A stretch of 64,000 nt of DNA from an uncultured Deferribacteres bacterium (GTDB taxonomy: Bacteria; Zhuqueibacterota; JdFR-76; DREG01). The first letter of the stretch is position 1, and each line of letters opens with the position of its first letter. The translations under genes were made by a program, and so were the position numbers. Below are positions 62,297 through 64,000 of this stretch, piece after piece. The notes below the pieces were generated by a model. That model worked only from the letters and a program-made list of their open reading frames with translations, did no database searches and had not been told where the DNA came from. The stretch spans positions 4,967-68,966 of the forward strand of contig CAYXGW010000011.1 of assembly GCA_964464595.1 (NCBI GenBank), read 5' to 3'.

Positions 62297-64000
62297 TTAT
62301 TTCTCCTCTGGATCGACATGATATTTAAACTCACAATAGGCTTTAATATTTATAAAATCATCCGCATAAATTCGGACAATTTCACCACCGCTGCCTGGCA
62401 GATTCAAAGAAAATCCGATAAATATTTCATCGTTAGCAAACAAAGCAATCTGCTGTTGAGTAAGTTCTACAAGAATATCACTAACGACAGCTTCGACGCC
62501 ATTTCCCCCGGAAATTCGGGCCGGCTCCAGCGACAACGGCCCAATCGTTAATTCCGGGTTGGTATATACACTGGTATCCCGGCTGCTCATAACAAAGGAA
62601 AAATCCACACCTAAGGGAATTCGGTTAGAAATCTGTGCCACTAGTTTTCCGCTTAATACATTATCCCGTAGTTCATCCTGTACATCGGTATCTATTTCCA
62701 CTGTCTCAACGTCTATCTCTACTGACTGAGATGGAAAGCTTAAACTTAACGGTGCCGAAATAATTACTGTAGTTTCGATAAAATCCGTGCTTCTGATCAC
62801 TGATTCAGTAATACCGTCACCAATAGTCGCCACACCACTAACGATGATCTTATTAGGGACTATGTTGACTAAATCAAGGATGTTACTGTTGGTTTTGTCT
62901 AAAATAATGGAAGTAGGTACCGGACCGCCATTGGCCGGCGCTATTTGTTGACTAACATGAACATCTACGGATTGGCCGGTATTTTCATTGACACCTGTAA
63001 TCATGATATCCGGATATATGGGAAAACCAATACCGTTGTTGATAACTAATTCCAACCTTCCTGCTTCGAATTGCAGGCCTACGATATCATCCGGTAAATC
63101 AAATCTCTCTTCCACCGTATCCAGAGTGATGTGTATATTGTCCAGCCGTCCCCTGATTTCAGAGAACGATAAATTGGCCAGTCTTACACTGAGATCGATT
63201 GCATCTTCACTCGTTATTGTAATGATATTTCCTTCGGAACCCAACACCCTGGCATTCCAGCTAAAATGCGTTACAGAACCATCCTGGTTTCGTCCCGGAT
63301 TAAATGTATACCCGGATAAATTAATAATTTCTGAAACAGTTTGAGCGGACAATAAATTAATATTGACTTCGGCAGGATTTCCGAAAGGATCTACAAAATC
63401 ATGCAGGAAAATATCCAAATCGATATTTATAGGGATATCGTTGGAAATATCAAATCTGAAGAGGCCCGTTGCTATCGATGCACTTGAAACCAAAATTGAG
63501 TCGCCAAGCACCAGACTATCTGAGCCGATAAACTCCTGTGGTTCCACAATAGCCTGGGCTTCAATAGCAACAATTTCTGAGATAAGTACCTGGACATCGA
63601 TACCGTCCGTGTTTGCTTTGATTTCAACTGGCTGGCCGCCACTTCCGGAAGAACCACCGGTCAAAAAGACTTTGATATCAGCCGGAATACGAACACCTGC
63701 TAAATCCGTAAATGCAACAGCCGAAGTCGCTGGTTGAATTTCGGAATCGAACAATATGTTGAAAAGCAACTCATTAGTACTTTGGGATCTTGCCTGAATT
63801 TCTAGCCCTGGAGATAAGGTTACAGGTAACCTGTTATTAATTGTAATTTGAATGCTCCCGGATCCAATAAGTACAGATGCGAATGTATCAAAATCAGGAA
63901 GCGAAATACCAACATTGTCGTAGCCGAATTCCCCAACTTGCGTTACTTGTCCGTCCAATATGTAAGCCGCCGGATAGACCTGGCCGAAAGTCATTGATGC
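62297..64000 (-). CDS. Large secreted/surface protein of unknown function. The N-terminus probably lies beyond the window end.
   Basis: The ORF is open to the window edge. It has no signal peptide at the listed Met, and Thr/Ser/Gly/Asn/Ile-rich beta-type composition over 565+ aa. It is co-oriented with the OMP gene 9 bp downstream. Confidence 0.4.
   Translation of the reverse strand, partial: ASMTFGQVYPAAYILDGQVTQVGEFGYDNVGISLPDFDTFASVLIGSGSIQITINNRLPVTLSPGLEIQARSQSTNELLFNILFDSEIQPATSAVAFTDLAGVRIPADIKVFLTGGSSGSGGQPVEIKANTDGIDVQVLISEIVAIEAQAIVEPQEFIGSDSLVLGDSILVSSASIATGLFRFDISNDIPINIDLDIFLHDFVDPFGNPAEVNINLLSAQTVSEIINLSGYTFNPGRNQDGSVTHFSWNARVLGSEGNIITITSEDAIDLSVRLANLSFSEIRGRLDNIHITLDTVEERFDLPDDIVGLQFEAGRLELVINNGIGFPIYPDIMITGVNENTGQSVDVHVSQQIAPANGGPVPTSIILDKTNSNILDLVNIVPNKIIVSGVATIGDGITESVIRSTDFIETTVIISAPLSLSFPSQSVEIDVETVEIDTDVQDELRDNVLSGKLVAQISNRIPLGVDFSFVMSSRDTSVYTNPELTIGPLSLEPARISGGNGVEAVVSDILVELTQQQIALFANDEIFIGFSLNLPGSGGEIVRIYADDFINIKAYCEFKYHVDPEEK

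Overview
This 64 kb window looks like a chromosomal region from an FCB-group bacterium (Bacteroidota / Ignavibacteriota / Calditrichota-like). GC is about 40%. I base the lineage guess on a T9SS C-terminal sorting domain, a SprA-like giant outer-membrane protein, an exbB-exbD-exbD-tonB gene order and a DksA-lspA-ileS arrangement. Almost every gene from about 8.5 kb to 57.8 kb is on the minus strand. Core housekeeping genes are a complete F1Fo ATP synthase operon (atpZ/I-BEFHAGDC), aspS, ileS, lspA, rluD, prmA, parA/parB, lptF/lptG, pncB with a nicotinamidase-like partner, and suhB-like and metallopeptidase genes. Accessory-looking blocks are: (i) two giant secreted TPR proteins fused in one operon to a TolQ/TolR/TolR/TonB-like energiser set; (ii) a parA-parB-M23 peptidase-bactofilin module directly upstream of the atp operon; (iii) a five-gene block of secreted DUF4097 beta-helix / lipoprotein / beta-barrel proteins, one of which is frameshifted; (iv) a decaying tandem array of secreted paralogs; (v) a SprA-like T9SS translocon followed by a glutaminyl-cyclase-like M28 lipoprotein; (vi) an outer-membrane protein gene interrupted by an in-frame TAA. 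I found no CRISPR array, rRNA or tRNA gene, or obvious mobile element. Functional calls come from motifs I recognise by eye and are not database searches.
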